Below are positions 1 through 12,806 of a DNA stretch of 64,000 nt, one piece after another. The stretch is from positions 72,416,001 to 72,480,000 of the forward strand of contig OX597831.1 of NCBI GenBank assembly GCA_951406725.2, written 5' to 3'. The DNA is from Octopus vulgaris (lineage: Eukaryota). The position numbers and the translations under genes are program-made. Each line of letters opens with the position of its first letter. The stretch's first letter is position 1. Below the pieces are notes generated by a model. The model did no database searches. It saw only the letters and a list, made by a program, of their open reading frames with translations, and was not told where the DNA came from.

Positions 1-34
1 AATGGTATCAGTGCATATGTAATGACATAGGTTT

Positions 35-150
35 ATAGGCGCAGGGATGGTTGCAAAATTAAGAAATTCAGTTTGCGATCATACAGCTTCAGGTTCTGTT
101 CTACTGTGTGGCATCTTGGGCACACGTTTTCTATTACAGCCCTGAGCTAA
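35..150 (+). mobile_element. Degenerate 5' part of tRNA-derived CORE-type SINE (family A)
   Basis: ATAGGCGCAGGG...GGTTCTGTTCTACTGTGTGGCATCTTGGGCA matches the head of the intact copy at 49196. Confidence 0.6.
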
Positions 151-379
151 TTAACACACTTCGCAAATTTCTTTTTTCGCCATTTCGGTTCTTAATGGTT
201 CTATAAGAAATATCGTTGCGGAGAAGCGATCCCAACCTCACTGCCTGCATTGCAGCCAGTTCTACATTGCACACACACTCTGCGAATCCCTCCCCCCCAA
301 ATTTATCCCCTACTAACGCTTCAGGTTTATCACTTTAGATACATACATGTACGTCAACTGCAAAAATACTAAGGATCTT

Positions 380-1128
380 GGATCTTTTCCTTTTGAACGG
401 CAATTTTCAACACAATTTCTAGTTAACTAAACACTTTTAAACTTCGTATACTGGTAGAATGTGTCAAAATAAAACATTTTTTCTCTTGGCTTTCTTGAGA
501 AAATTGTAATTTGTAAGTTTAACGTAGTTCAATTTTTCGAATTTTAACCAATCGATTGCCTCTATTGAACTAAAATCATTTGCTGCGTCTAAAACTGAGA
601 CAACATCCTGTCACTAAACCCAACCCTAAATTTTAGCCTTTCGTTTTTTTTTTCTTAATTGTTACACGTGTGTCTAAAATTATTCGTTTTGTTTTTGTTT
701 TGAGGTTTTGCTTTCGTTTTTTTTTTCTTAATTGTTATCCTTAAATTGATTTAACAAAAGGCTAAAACGAAAAGCAAAAACTCAAAACAAAAACAAAACA
801 AATAATTTTAAACACACGCATAACAATTAAATTAATTTCACAATTAAGAAAAAAAAACGAAAGGCTAAAATTTAGGGTTAGGGTTAGGGTTAGTGATAGG
901 ATGTTGTCTCAGTTTTAGACGCAGCAAATGATTTTAGCTCAATAGAGGGCAATCGATTGGTTAAAATTCGAAAAATTAAACTACGTTAAACTTACAAATT
1001 ACAATTTTCTCAAGAAAGCAAGAGAAAAAAATGTTTTATTTTGACACATTCTACCAATATACGAAGTTTAAGAGTGTTTAGTTAACTAGAAATTGTGTTG
1101 AAAAGTGCCGTTCAAAAGGAAAAGATCC
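380..1128. mobile_element. Foldback/MITE-like element with ~350-bp inverted arms
   Basis: GGATCTTTTCCTTTTGAACGGC at 380 is the reverse complement of GCCGTTCAAAAGGAAAAGATCC ending at 1128. Complementarity continues inward for several hundred bp. (TTAGGG)3 at 872-889. Confidence 0.8.
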
Positions 1129-1375
1129 AGGACCTTTGAAAAATATTAGTGATGCGACAAACAAGTTTTCATGTGCGCTTGCTTGCGCACGCACACGCGC
1201 AGACAGGTCAAAATATTTCGTATATTCAAAATACTTTTCGCGTTTAGGTAGCAAGGGAAACAACCCTGGACTTTAAATTTATTAAAACCAATTAAACGAA
1301 AAAAACAGAATTATTTCCCTTGTTAACTCAAACGTTTTCTATGGCTTAATTTTGTGTTTTTTTTTTTTTTCAAAG

Positions 1376-1479
1376 CGTTCAGCCACCGTTGTGGAAATTT
1401 GGGATTTGTCCCCGACAGTGAAGGGATTGAAACTACACGCAGAATGGCACATGAGAAAATCTTTTAAAGCCGGTCAATG
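1376..1479 (+). CDS. OXNAD1: OXNAD1-like oxidoreductase, internal exon (RSATVVEIWDLSPTVKGLKLHAEWHMRKSFKAGQ-W)
   Basis: Poly-T tract plus AAG acceptor, GTGAGT donor at 1480. FKAGQW motif of the FNR-type FAD-binding domain. Phase-2 end joins the next exon. The upstream exon(s) were not identified. Confidence 0.85.
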
Positions 1480-1559
1480 GTGAGTTAGAAGCCGTCGTCG
1501 TTGTTCTTCTTTAACTGTTTATAAATTCCGATCGATTTAAATCTATAATCAGAGAAACG

Positions 1560-1742
1560 CTTTTTACTACAGGGACAAGTGTCTGAAATTTTGGGGAACA
1601 ACATCGCTTTCAGTGCTCGGTCCCGATAGGATGAAAGGAAAAGTCTGCATCAGCGCCATTTGAACTCACGACATAGAATTGGACGAAATGCCGTGAAGCA
1701 TTTTGCCCGCTGCCATAGCAATTCTGCCAGCGCACCATCTTG
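1560..1742 (-). mobile_element. Degenerate SINE (family B)
   Basis: Reverse-complement similarity to the GGTGGTGAGCTGGCAGAAACGTTAGCATGCCGGGCGAAATG family at 16643. Confidence 0.6.
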
Positions 1743-1870
1743 GAGGAATTAGAAATATGGAAGACTTCGTTATCTAATTGTGTAATTTTCATTTTTAAAC
1801 AGAGTAGGGTGTGTACGAATGTATTTATGTATGTGTGTGTATATGTGTACGTGTGTGTGTGTATGTATGT

Positions 1871-4474
1871 ATGAATGAATGAATGAATGAATGAAGGAAT
1901 GAATGAATGAATGAATGGATGAATGAATGAATGGATGAATGAATGAATGAATGAATGAATGTATGAATGAATGTATGAATGAATGAATGAAGGAATAAAT
2001 GAATGAATGAATGAATGAATGTATGAAGGAATGAATGAATGAATGAATGAATGAATGAATGAATGAATGAATGAATGAATGAATGAATGAATGAATGAAG
2101 GATGGAATGAATGAATGAATGAATGAATGAATGAATGAATGAATGAATGAATGAATGAATGAATGAATGAATGAAGGAATGGATGAATGAATGAATGAAG
2201 GAATGGTATGAATGAATGAATGTATGAATGAATGAATGAAGGAATGGATGAATGGATGAATGATTGTATGAATGAATGTATGAATGAATGAATGAATGTA
2301 TGAATGAATGTATGAATGAATGAATGAATGTATGAATGAATGAATGTATGAATGAATGAATGAATGAATGGATGAATGTATGAATGAAGGAATGGATGAA
2401 TGTATGAATGAATGAAGGAATGAATGGATGTATGAATAAATGAAGGAATGAATGAATGGTGAATGAATGAATGTATGAATGAATGAATGAATGAAAGAAT
2501 GAATGAATGAATGTATGAATGAATGAATGAATGTATGAATGAATGAATGAAGGAATGGATGAATGTATGAATGAATGAATGTATGAATAAATGAAGGAAT
2601 GAATGTGTGAATGAATGAATGTATGAATGAATGAATGAAGGAAGGAAGGAATGAATGAATGAATGAATGAATGAATGTATGAATGAATGTATGGATGAAT
2701 GAATGAATGTATGAATGAATGAATGAATGAAGGAATGAATGAATGTATGAATGAATGTATGAATGAATGAATGAAGGAATGAATGAAGGAATGGATGAAT
2801 GAATGAATGAATGAATGAATGTATGAATGAATGGATGAATGAATGAATGTATGAATGAATGAAGGAATGAATGAATGTATGAATGAATGAATGTATGAAT
2901 GAATGAATGAAGGAATGAAGGAATGAATGAAGGAATGGATGAATGAATGAATGGATGAATGAATGAATGAATGAATGAATGTATGAATGAATGAATGTAT
3001 GAATGAATGAATGAATGAAGGAATGAATGAATATATGAATGAATGAATGAAGGAATGAAGGAATGAATGAAGGAATGGATGAATGAATGAATGAATGAAT
3101 GAATGTATGAATGAATGGATGAATGAATGAATGGATGAATGAATGTATGAATGAATGAATGTATGAATGAATGAATGAAGGAATGGATGAATGTATGAAT
3201 GAAGGAATGTATGAATGAATGAAGGAATGGATGAATGAATGAATGAATGTATGAATGAATGAATGAAGGAATGGATGAATGAATGAATGTATGAATGAAT
3301 GAATGTATGAATGAATGAATGAAGGAATGGATGAATGTATGAATGAAGGAATGGATGAATGTATGAATGAATGAAGGAATGAATGGATGTATGAATAAAT
3401 GAAGGAATGAATGAATGTGTGAATGAATGAATGAAGGAATGGATGAATGTATGAATGAATGAAGGAATGAATGGATGTATGAATAAATGAAGGAATGAAT
3501 GAATGTGTGAATGAATGAATGTATGGATGAATGAATGAATGTATGAATGAATGAATGAAGGAATGGATGAATGTATGAATGAATGAATGTATGAATAAAT
3601 GAAGGAATGAATGTGTGAATGAATGAATGTATGAATGAAGGAAGGAAGGAATGAATGAATGAATGAATGAATGTATGAATGAATGTATGGATGAATGAAT
3701 GAATGTATGAATGAACGAATGAATGTATGAATGAATGAATGAAGGAATGAATGAATGTATGAATGAATGAATGAATGAATGAATGAATGAATGAAGGAAT
3801 GAATGAAGGAATGGATGAATGAATGAATGAATGAATGAATGAATGAATGAATGAATGAATGAATGAATGTATGAATGAATGAAGGAATGAATGAATGTAT
3901 GAATGAATGAATGTATGAATGAATGAATGAATGAATGAAGGAATGAATGAATGAATGAATGAATGGATGAATGAATGAATGAATATATGAATGAATGAAT
4001 GAATGTATGAATGAATGAATGAATGAATGAATGAATGAATGAAGGAATGAATGAATGAATGAATGAATGAATGAAGGAATGAAGGAATGAATGAAGGAAT
4101 GAATGAATGAATGAATGAATGAATGAATGAATGAATGGATGAATGAATGAATGTATGAATGAATGAAGGAATGAATGAATGTATGAATGAATGAATGAAT
4201 GGATGTATGAATGAATGAAGGAAGGAAGGAAGGAAGGAATGGATGTATGAATGAATGTATGGATGAATGAATGTATGAATGAATGTATGAATAAATGAAG
4301 GAATGAATGTATGAATGAATGTGTGAATGAATGAATGTATGAATGAATGAAGGAATGAATGAATGTGTGAAGGAATGGATGTATGAATGAATGGATGAAT
4401 GAATGTATGGATGAATGAATGTATGGATGAATGAATGAATGAATGAATGAATGAAGGAATGGATGGATGAATGA
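1871..4474. repeat. 2.6-kb (GAAT)n microsatellite with GTAT/GGAT/GAAG variants, intronic
   Basis: Directly visible tetranucleotide array. Confidence 0.98.
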
Positions 4475-4876
4475 TTTTTCTGTGAGTTTAATTTAAGTTC
4501 TTCATATAGTTCAAGCCGGTTGTTAACAAAGCAACAGGACTTTTTGAGTTAAGATCTCTGCATTCATATTCGTGTGTGCTGCTTTGTTTTGATAGCACGT
4601 GATGCTTGTAAGCAAGTGTCACCGCCATACAAGTGGTATCATCCATCTGCATATTTCCATGGAAACATGGCAAAATATACCAGGCCGTAGAAGATCTGTC
4701 TCTATAAATTCCGTCAGATTCATGCATGCATGATAGAGTGGATGTTAAAAATCGATGTTGATGATGATGGCGGCAGTCTGAATTTTTATATCTTCATTCT
4801 TTATCATTTAGTTGTTTAAGTTAGACTGCGGCCATGCTGGGGCACCACCTTGAAGAATTTTAGTTGAATGACTTTC

Positions 4877-4934
<58 letters not shown>

Positions 4935-5790
4935 GTATGTATATGTATATATATATATATATATACTCAAAATAAGAAACAAGGATATCCAGAGGTAATG
5001 CAGTAGGATCGTTTCATGCAACTCCATTTAATTGAACAATGCAATCATTACATCAATATAAAATGTAGAGCAATCTTCAGCTGCACAAGGACATAGAATT
5101 TAATTAAATTAGAACAGATGGACACATTAGTATATTTATACCTAAAATCTCCAATAACCCTAACTCTAAAAACCTGACCTTCAATATAAACTTAACAGGA
5201 AGTTTCCCCAGAAATCCTGCACTTTACCTGTTATTTCTAGCATGTCCAAGGTGACATTTGCACCCCCACCTTATTTTTTCCTAACTTTCTTCCGATTCCT
5301 ATGTTTTTGATACAGGAGATTAGGATATCACCCCCAAAACATGTTCTCAATATTTTAATTTTCTCCCTCCCCACTCCAATTTCTTCATTTTTACTTTTTT
5401 CCTCAGATTTTTTTCTTGGTAATCCACGGAGAAAAAAAACAGAGAGTACAAATTGTTAAGAATTTTCTTCTCCCTTTTTTCTTAAAGAAACTCTGAAATC
5501 TGCTTCCCAAATATCCACCCATCACCTCACCACTTTCTAAAAGCTACAAACTCCCAACATTTTACTTTTAGCTTTTTGGAAAGAGGGGAAGTTTCTTTCA
5601 GAAATACTGTCATTTACCTGTTGTTTCTAGCATGTCCGGTTTTCTGGTAGTGGTCTTATATTTTTTACATGTGCTATTTCAGTTCAATTCTACACATGTG
5701 TGAAGCATCAGATGAAAGTGAAACATCGGGAAGTTTTAGCTTTTTGAAAGTAGGTAGGTGATAGGTGGGCGAGTGTTTCTTTAAAAAGAT

Positions 5791-6210
5791 TACTCTTTAC
5801 TCTTTACTCTTTACTCTTTTACTTGTTTCAATCATTTGACTGCGGCCATGCTGGAGTACCGCCTTTAATCGAGCAACTCGACCCCGGGACTTATTCTTTT
5901 TGTAAGCCCAGTACTTATTCTATCGGTCTCTTTTGTCGAACTGCTAAGTAACGGGGACATAAACACACCAGCATCGGTTGTCAAGCAATGCTAGGGGGCC
6001 AAACACGGACACACAAACACACACACACACATATATATATATATACATATATATGACGGGCTTCTTTCAGTTTCCATCTACCAAATCCACTCAACAAGGC
6101 TTTGATCGGCCCGAGGCTATAGTAGAAGACACTTGCCCAAGGTGCCACACAGTGGGACTGAACCCGGAACCATGTGGTTGGTAAACAAGCTACTTACCAC
6201 ACAGCCACTT
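5791..6210 (-). mobile_element. tRNA-derived CORE-type SINE (family A), near full length
   Basis: Minus strand shows A-box TGGCTGTGTGG, B-box GGTTCAGTCCC, CORE-like CCTTGGGCAAGTGTCTT, internal (TG)/(TA) run and (AAAGAGTA)n tail. Confidence 0.9.
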
Positions 6211-6757
6211 CCCAGATTCGTAATCTCTATTTTTCTATGTGGATAAAAAAGAAAATATCGAAAAAAGTTAGAAATTAAGAAATTGCAGTGGGGATGGTGG
6301 GAAAATTAAAATTTTGAAAATGTGATTTCTGGGCAAAATCATATTAACCCCTTTTATACGATGAAACAATACATAGAACAAAAAGCACTTTCATACACAC
6401 CCATGCAGATTGTAACCTCCTCACTTCACTTTTAAACAAACAATAACTTCCATTACACCAGTAATCCAGTTCATTATATACCAGCTGTGCAGATTCTGCC
6501 CATAAGAAAGGAAGAAATAATAAATGTGGCTGTAGATCATAACACCCGGGCAACGCCAGGATGCATTGTTTGTGTGTGCATGTGTGTATGCTACGAGTAC
6601 ATGTAGTAACTATTGAAATGTTTTTATTTTTTATTCCCTTTGAAATTACTCTTATCTACGGTTTTAGGTTTTAACCGCCCTTTTCAGCATGTAAGGTGTC
6701 CTGTTAGGGTCACCTCTTTTGTGTATAGAAATGCACACTAATTTATATGAAACATAT

Positions 6758-7983
6758 ATCATCATCATCGTCATCATCGTTTAACGTCTGCTTTCCATGC
6801 TAGCATGGGTTGGACGGTTTGACTGAGGTCTGGCGAACCAGATGGCTGCACAAGTCCAGTCAGATCTGGCAGTGTTTCTGCAGCTAGATGCCCTTCCTAA
6901 CGCCAACCACTCTGAGAGTGTAGTGGGTGTTTTTCCCACTAGGCCAGTCAGGCAGTACTGGCAACAGACACGCTCAAATGTTTTTTCACGTGCCACCAGC
7001 ACAAGTGCCAGTAAGGCGACGCAGGAAGCAATCTCGCTTGAATGGTGCTTTTTACATGCCATCGGCACGGAGGCCAGCTTCTTGCTCTGGCAACGATCAT
7101 GCTCGTATGATGCTCTTAGCGCTCCACTAGCATGGATGCCAGTCATCCAATTTGATTTCGATTTCACTTGCCTCAACAGGTTTTCGCAAGCAAAGTTTAG
7201 TGTCCAATGAAGGAAAGGCATGTATAAGTGGGCTGGTTACACCCCTGGCATAGGCCACAAGGTTATGGTCTCACTTGAGCTTGCCGAGTCTTCTCAAGCA
7301 TAGCATATTCCCAAAGGTCCCAGTCACTAGTCATTGCCTTGTTGAGGCCCAGTGTTCAAAGGTCATGCTTCACCACCTCATTCCAGGTCTTCCTGGGTCT
7401 ACCTCTTCCACAGGTTCCCTCAACCGCTAGGGTGTGGCACTTTTTCACACAGCTATCCACATCCATTCTCACCACATGGCCATACCAGCGCATTCGTCTC
7501 TCTTGCACACTACACCTGATGCTTCTTAGGTCCAACCTTTCTCTCAAGGCACTTACACTCTGTCAAGTATGCATACTGACATTACACATCCATCGGATCA
7601 TACTGGCTTCATTCCTTGTGAGCTTACGCATCTCCTCAGCAGTCACAGCCCATGTTTCACTGCCATGTAGCATGGCTGTTCGTACACATGCGTCATACAG
7701 TCTGCCTTTTACTCTGAGCGAGAGGCCTTTTGTCACCAGCAGAGGTAAGAGCTCTCCGAACTTAGCCCAGGCTATTCTTATTCTAGCAGCTACACTTTCA
7801 GTGCACCTGCCCCCATTACTGACTTGGTCACCTAGGTAACGGAAGCTATCAACTACTTCTAGTTTTCTCCCTGGAATGTGGCGGAAGTTGTTCTCTGCAC
7901 ATTTTCAGTGTTTATTGCTCCTGAGCATCTGCCACATACAAAAACTATCTTCCCAGTTAGCCTTCCTTTGATGTTGCTGCACC

Positions 7984-7985
<2 letters not shown>
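6758..7985 (-). mobile_element. RTE-clade LINE, 5'-truncated 3' fragment
   Basis: Minus-strand translation includes FRYLGDQV...LYDACVRTAMLHGSETW and RMRWYGHVVRM...GRGRPRKTW. 3' UTR ends in a (GAT)n tail at about 6760. Confidence 0.9.
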
Positions 7986-8029
<44 letters not shown>

Positions 8030-8111
8030 CCTTACTGTAAGGTATCATTTGTTGTAAGAAAAAATAAACATGTCTTATTTAAAGGATGTTTCCCTTTTTT
8101 TTTTAATCCAG

Positions 8112-8253
8112 GGTGCACACCAATATTCCAAGTATCAATCGCTTAGGAGGCTATACCCTTTGCAACAGCCCTTTGGAATTCTCTAAAACAGGCATCCTTC
8201 AGTTGGCTGTAAAATACAGTGATCATGCTCCAACACTTTGGTTTCATGAAAAG
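8112..8253 (+). CDS. OXNAD1: OXNAD1-like exon (W-VHTNIPSINRLGGYTLCNSPLEFSKTGILQLAVKYSDHAPTLWFHEK)
   Basis: T-tract CAG acceptor at 8110-8111, GT donor at 8254, 142 nt, phases compatible on both sides. Resembles the GGFSICSSP...LAVKY.NHPPALW segment of vertebrate OXNAD1. Confidence 0.92.
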
Positions 8254-8271
8254 GTATTTGATTAAATAAAC

Positions 8272-8325
<54 letters not shown>

Positions 8326-8328
8326 CAT

Positions 8329-8372
<44 letters not shown>

Positions 8373-8376
8373 TTAT
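8272..8376. repeat. (ATT)n(ACT)n microsatellite
   Basis: Directly visible. Confidence 0.95.
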
Positions 8377-8399
8377 TTTTTTTTTTTTTTCTTCTTCTT

Positions 8400-8905
8400 T
8401 CAAATTTGCTTCCATTTCTTGCCGAGTGTCTTCTCGACTCCTAGGGCAAAGAAACTCATAGTATACATTGGTAGGCCATTAAACTAAACTTAATAGTTCG
8501 TTCATTTAAAAAAAATTTTTTTTTTAAGTTAAATTAAAATACATGGGTAGTAATAGTTCTCACATCGACAATGCTCTTCTCAATACATGTGATGTACCAG
8601 TTAAGACAATGTTTTGCACTCCTTGCAGGGATGGTAAGCCAGGGATCATTCTCATATAATTTTCGGTTCCCTTCTTGATCATTCCTAGTGCTCCTACGAT
8701 CACTGGTATTGTAACCGTCTTGAGATGCCACATTTTCTCAATTTCAATGAGTAGGACTTTATATTTTCTGAGCTTGTCAAACTCTTTCGCCGTGATATTA
8801 TGATCACAGGGGATGCTCATGTCGATCAATAAGCAAACTTTATTGTTTTGGTCTTTCACAACAATATCCGGTTTATTGGCTTTGATGGTTCGGTCTGTAT
8901 GTGCT
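8400..8905 (-). mobile_element. R4/Dong-clade non-LTR retrotransposon 3' fragment (restriction-like endonuclease)
   Basis: ORF 8560-8976: TDRTIKANKPDIVVKD...LIDMSIP...KY..L..EI.KMW...IPVIVGALG (RLE PD-D motif). Flanked by (TAA)n. Confidence 0.85.
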
Positions 8906-8974
8906 GGAATATTATTATTATTATGAATAATAATATTATTATTATTATTATTATTCAGTAGTCTTATTATTATC

Positions 8975-9490
8975 ATGGGCTTTCACTACACTACTGAGTG
9001 CCGCTCTGTGTGCTTTGGGTATGTGCTGTGGTCTGTTGTGGTGCTCTTATTTTTACTGTATTGAAAGTGTTTTATGTAAGATGTGTGCGACGCCTGGTAG
9101 TGCTATTTTCTGTACGTTGTATATATTTGTAAGTCCTGGTGTTTTTGTTATGCCTTTGTCTGAATGTTTTTTTTTATCATACCTAATGTGCCTACTATAA
9201 TAGTAATTGTTTCAGTTTTTAGGCTCCACATTCGAGTTACTTCTATTTCCAGGTCTTTGTATTTTGAAAGTTTCTTTGTTTCTTTTAGAGAAACATTGCC
9301 ATTTGTTGGTATTGATACATCAATTAGAAAGCATTTTCTTTCTTGGTGATCTCTGACAACTATATCCGGTCTATTAGCCTTAATTTGTCTATCTGTGTGT
9401 ATTGGCATATCCCAGAGTATGGTTGCTTTCTCATTTTCTGAAACTTTTTCTGGCATCTGCTTATACCATTTTTTTCTGTTGTTGTTATTG
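8975..9490 (-). mobile_element. R4/Dong-clade 3' fragment, second copy
   Basis: ORF 9148-9456: ILWDMPIHTDRQIKANRPDIVVRD...IDVSIP. (TAA)n on both sides. Confidence 0.85.
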
Positions 9491-9559
9491 TTATTTTAAT
9501 TGTTGTCACTATTATTATTATTGTTGTTGTTGTTGTTGTTGTTATTATTATTATTGATA

Positions 9560-9617
<58 letters not shown>

Positions 9618-9618
9618 G

Positions 9619-9800
9619 CAGAATTGTTAGCATGCTGGATGAAATGCTTAGCGCTATTTTGCCTGTCACTGCGTTCTGAGTTCAAGTTCCGCCGAGGTCA
9701 ACTTTACCTTTCAACCTTTCAGGGTCGACAAATTAAAGCACCAGTGAAACACTAGGGTCAATGTAATCAAACTGCTGCCCTTGTGGCAAAATTTGAGACC
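9619..9800 (+). mobile_element. SINE family B, degenerate
   Basis: GCAGAATTGTTAGCATGCTGG...TTCTGAGTTCAAGTTCCGCCGAGGTCAACTTT matches the 16643 and 47542 copies. Confidence 0.75.
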
Positions 9801-10049
9801 ATTATTATCATCATCATCATCATTATTATTACTGGATAAAATAATAAATAGTGGAAAAAGAAAAACTGTGGGCCAGCTGAATTTTTTTATCAAGTATCTG
9901 TCTACATATTATGGGTCTGAACAGATGGGTTTTTTACCATTTAGTTTAGGAATGAGTTACAGAGCCTATGATCTTTAATTTTTTCCAAAGACTCTAAGAC
10001 TGATAAAAGGAAAGGGGGACAATAACCTCCTTTCTTAAACCATTTCCAG

Positions 10050-10678
10050 AATTGTCAGACCGAGACCTATGGAAGTATGCTGTGCGTGAGAAGACTCGGC
10101 AGGACAAGTGAGACCATAACCCATCGCCTCTCAACCAGGGATGTAGCCAGTCGACTTATGCATGCCTTTCCTTCTTGGGACACAAAACTTCACTTGTGAA
10201 GACCCGTTGAGGCAAGTGGAAATCGAAATCAAAATCAAATGAAATCAAATCAAATCAGAAATCAGAACCAAAATCGAAGTCGATCAACATCAGTGGAAAT
10301 TGCAGCTGCGATACCAGTGCCGGTGACACATAAGCGTACCATCTGATAGTGTCCGTGGCCAGCGCCATCCCGACTGGCCACCGTGCCAGTGGCACGTAAA
10401 AAGCACCATCCGATCGTGGCCGTTGCCAGCCTTGCCTGGCCCCCATGCCGGCGGCACGTAAAAAGCACCATCCATCCGTGGCTGTTTACCAGCCCCGTCT
10501 GGCACCTGTGCGGGTGGCACATAAAAAGCACCCACTACACTCACGGAGTGGTTGGCGTTAGGAAGGGCATCCAGCCGTAGAAACACTGCCAGATCAGACT
10601 GGGCCTGGTGCAGCCTTCAGGCTTCCCAGACCCCAGTTGAACCGTCCAACCCATGCTAGCATGGAAAGCAGACGCTAA

Positions 10679-10710
<32 letters not shown>
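10050..10710 (+). mobile_element. RTE LINE 3' end
   Basis: Reverse complement of the 6758-7350 element end. Finishes CCCATGCTAGCATGGAAAGCAGACGCTAAA(TGA)n. Confidence 0.85.
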
Positions 10711-11214
10711 AGGGGCTTGTGTGCGTGTGTGTGTGTGTGTGTGTGACTGTGATTCTATCAATCTCTTTTGTCAAACTGTTAAGTCACAGGGATGTAAACA
10801 ACCCAACACTGGCTGTCAAGTGTGCAGCACACACATATACAATGAACATCCATATAGTTTCCATCCACCAGTTTTACCCACAAAGCATTGGTTGACCTAA
10901 GACTATATTAGAAGACATGGGACTGAACCTGATACCATGTGGTTTCAATGTGGGCTTCTTAAACCACACACCCATGCCAGCACCTATAGCAAATAAATAA
11001 AAGATTATAAGTTATGCTGCTACTTCCCAAATTAAGCACTAAAAGCCACAACCCGTTGGATTCACAATGTGTATGGATTTGGCTCAACAACTTGGCCAGA
11101 ACGCAGTTCTTTTGTTCTAATATTTATTATTTTAGCGACGGTTTGATATTTCTATGCCAGAAATACCAAACCTTGAGACATTCAGAAGGTTAAATCTCTG
11201 GAAAGACTAACATA

Positions 11215-11433
11215 ATCTTTTCTACTCTAGGCACAAGGCCTGAAATTTTTGGGGAGGGGTGGGGGGCAGTCGATTAGATTGACTCCAGTACACAACTGGT
11301 ACTTAATTTATCGACCCCAAAAGGATGAAAGGTAAAGTAGATCTCAACAGTATTTGAACTCAGAATGTAAAGGCAGACAAAATACCACTAAGCATTTTGC
11401 CCGGTGTGCTAACATTTCTGCCAGCTCACCGCC
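11215..11433 (-). mobile_element. SINE family B
   Basis: Ends TTCTGCCAGCTCACCGCC on +, the reverse complement of the family B head. Confidence 0.8.
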
Positions 11434-11437
11434 TTAA

Positions 11438-11658
11438 CCCTTTCATTCCCGTATTTATTTTGAGATGCTCTGTGTTTCTTTCAATTATTTTAAATATAAC
11501 AAAGATTTTAGTAAAATAACTTTGCTACCATTAAGCTAGTGTTAGGAACATAAATTGTGATTAAGGTTTGGTGGAAGATTTTAATTCAAAACTTAAGAAA
11601 ACAAGACATTTGTACTACAGAGCCAGAGCCGGTTTCAACTGGGTTGGTATTGAAAGGG
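11438..11658. mobile_element. piggyBac-derived MITE
   Basis: TTAA|CCCTTTCA...TGAAAGGG|TTAA: CCC/GGG termini with TTAA target duplication (11434-11437, 11659-11662). Confidence 0.8.
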
Positions 11659-12242
11659 TTAAAGACTCACATAATCAACAAACACTTCATCAAAAGGACC
11701 TCTTTAGGCTCAAACAGTATTCAATCCCTTATCAACTTCTATCCACCTACAAAACTCAAGGGAGACCCACAAGATGGGGAGCTATTGTTAAATACAACAC
11801 ACTTACACACACTGACAATTTACTTCACTTCTCAAGTAAGATCCCATGATTTATAGGCCTTAGGTCACTTGCCAATTTAGTCCAACCTCTGAACCACAGA
11901 TGTGCTGTGTCTCCTCTCTGTGCCTTTTCTACTGTTACTATTGTGGCTTCTGCTCTTCAGAAGTTTCGATCTTCCACCAACGCAGACAATCTTGATTCAT
12001 TCATCTCTCTTCTCTTTGTCATGCATATTGTTTCCCCATGTCAAAATCCTTCACTAATCCCTACGTCCTGTTCCTCCGCAGAATGTCGACCCTCTGGGAT
12101 CTCCTTGAATATGTTTTCTGTATGACCATTGCCTTGAAACTATCCAAAAGAAATGTTAATAGCATTGGCTCACTGGATTTGGAGGTTCCTGTCTCCAAAC
12201 CTAACCAATAATAATGATAATGATGATGATGATGATGATGAT

Positions 12243-12455
12243 CCTTTCTATTATAGGCACAAGGCCTGACATTTTGGGGGAGGAGGCCAGTTAATTACAT
12301 CAACCCAGTATTTCACTGGTACTTATTTCATGAACTTTGAAAGGATGAAAGGCAAAGCCAACCTCAGCAGAATTTGAACTCAGAACGTAGAAATGGGTGA
12401 AATACCACTAAGCATTTCGTCCAGTATGCTAACAATTCTCCCAGCTCACTGCCAT
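12243..12455 (-). mobile_element. SINE family B
   Basis: Same sequence family as 11215-11433. Confidence 0.75.
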
Positions 12456-12569
12456 AGTAATAGTCATAATAATAACCACCACCACAACAACAACAACAAT
12501 AGCAACTTTTGTGATAATAATTTGCTCATTTATTAATGTTTTTTCTGTTTTCTTCTTTAATCTCTCCAG

Positions 12570-12806
12570 TGTAAAATTGGTGACACGATTCTCGTTGAGT
12601 TTGGTGGCACAGTTTTCTATGATCCTAAACCACAAGATTCCCAGTACGATCTACTGTTAATTGGGGCTGGAATTGGAATGAATTCCCTTTATAGCATCCT
12701 CAACTTGGTGACGGAGAGAGAAGCCTCGGGAGTAGACAAAGAACTTCTACCAGGAAAAGTACACTTCATGTATTCTTCTAAGACAAAAAAAGAACTTTTG
12801 TACAAG
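12570..12806 (+). CDS. OXNAD1: OXNAD1-like exon (CKIGDTILVEFGGTVFYDPKPQDSQYDLLLIGAGIGMNSLYSIL...KVHFMYSSKTKKELLYK)
   Basis: Pyrimidine tract CAG acceptor, AAG|GTAAC donor, 237 nt open. Carries the NAD-binding LLIGAGIG motif (IAGGVGINP in vertebrates) and YS.K...ELL. Confidence 0.93.

Noticed and set aside
872-893. True telomere or chromosome fusion site
   Set aside because: Only about three units, embedded symmetrically in a foldback element.
11030-11856. Candidate OXNAD1 exons (TRWIHN at about 11050, AIVKYNT at about 11780)
   Set aside because: Chance similarity. The true exon at 8112-8253 fills this position with correct phases.
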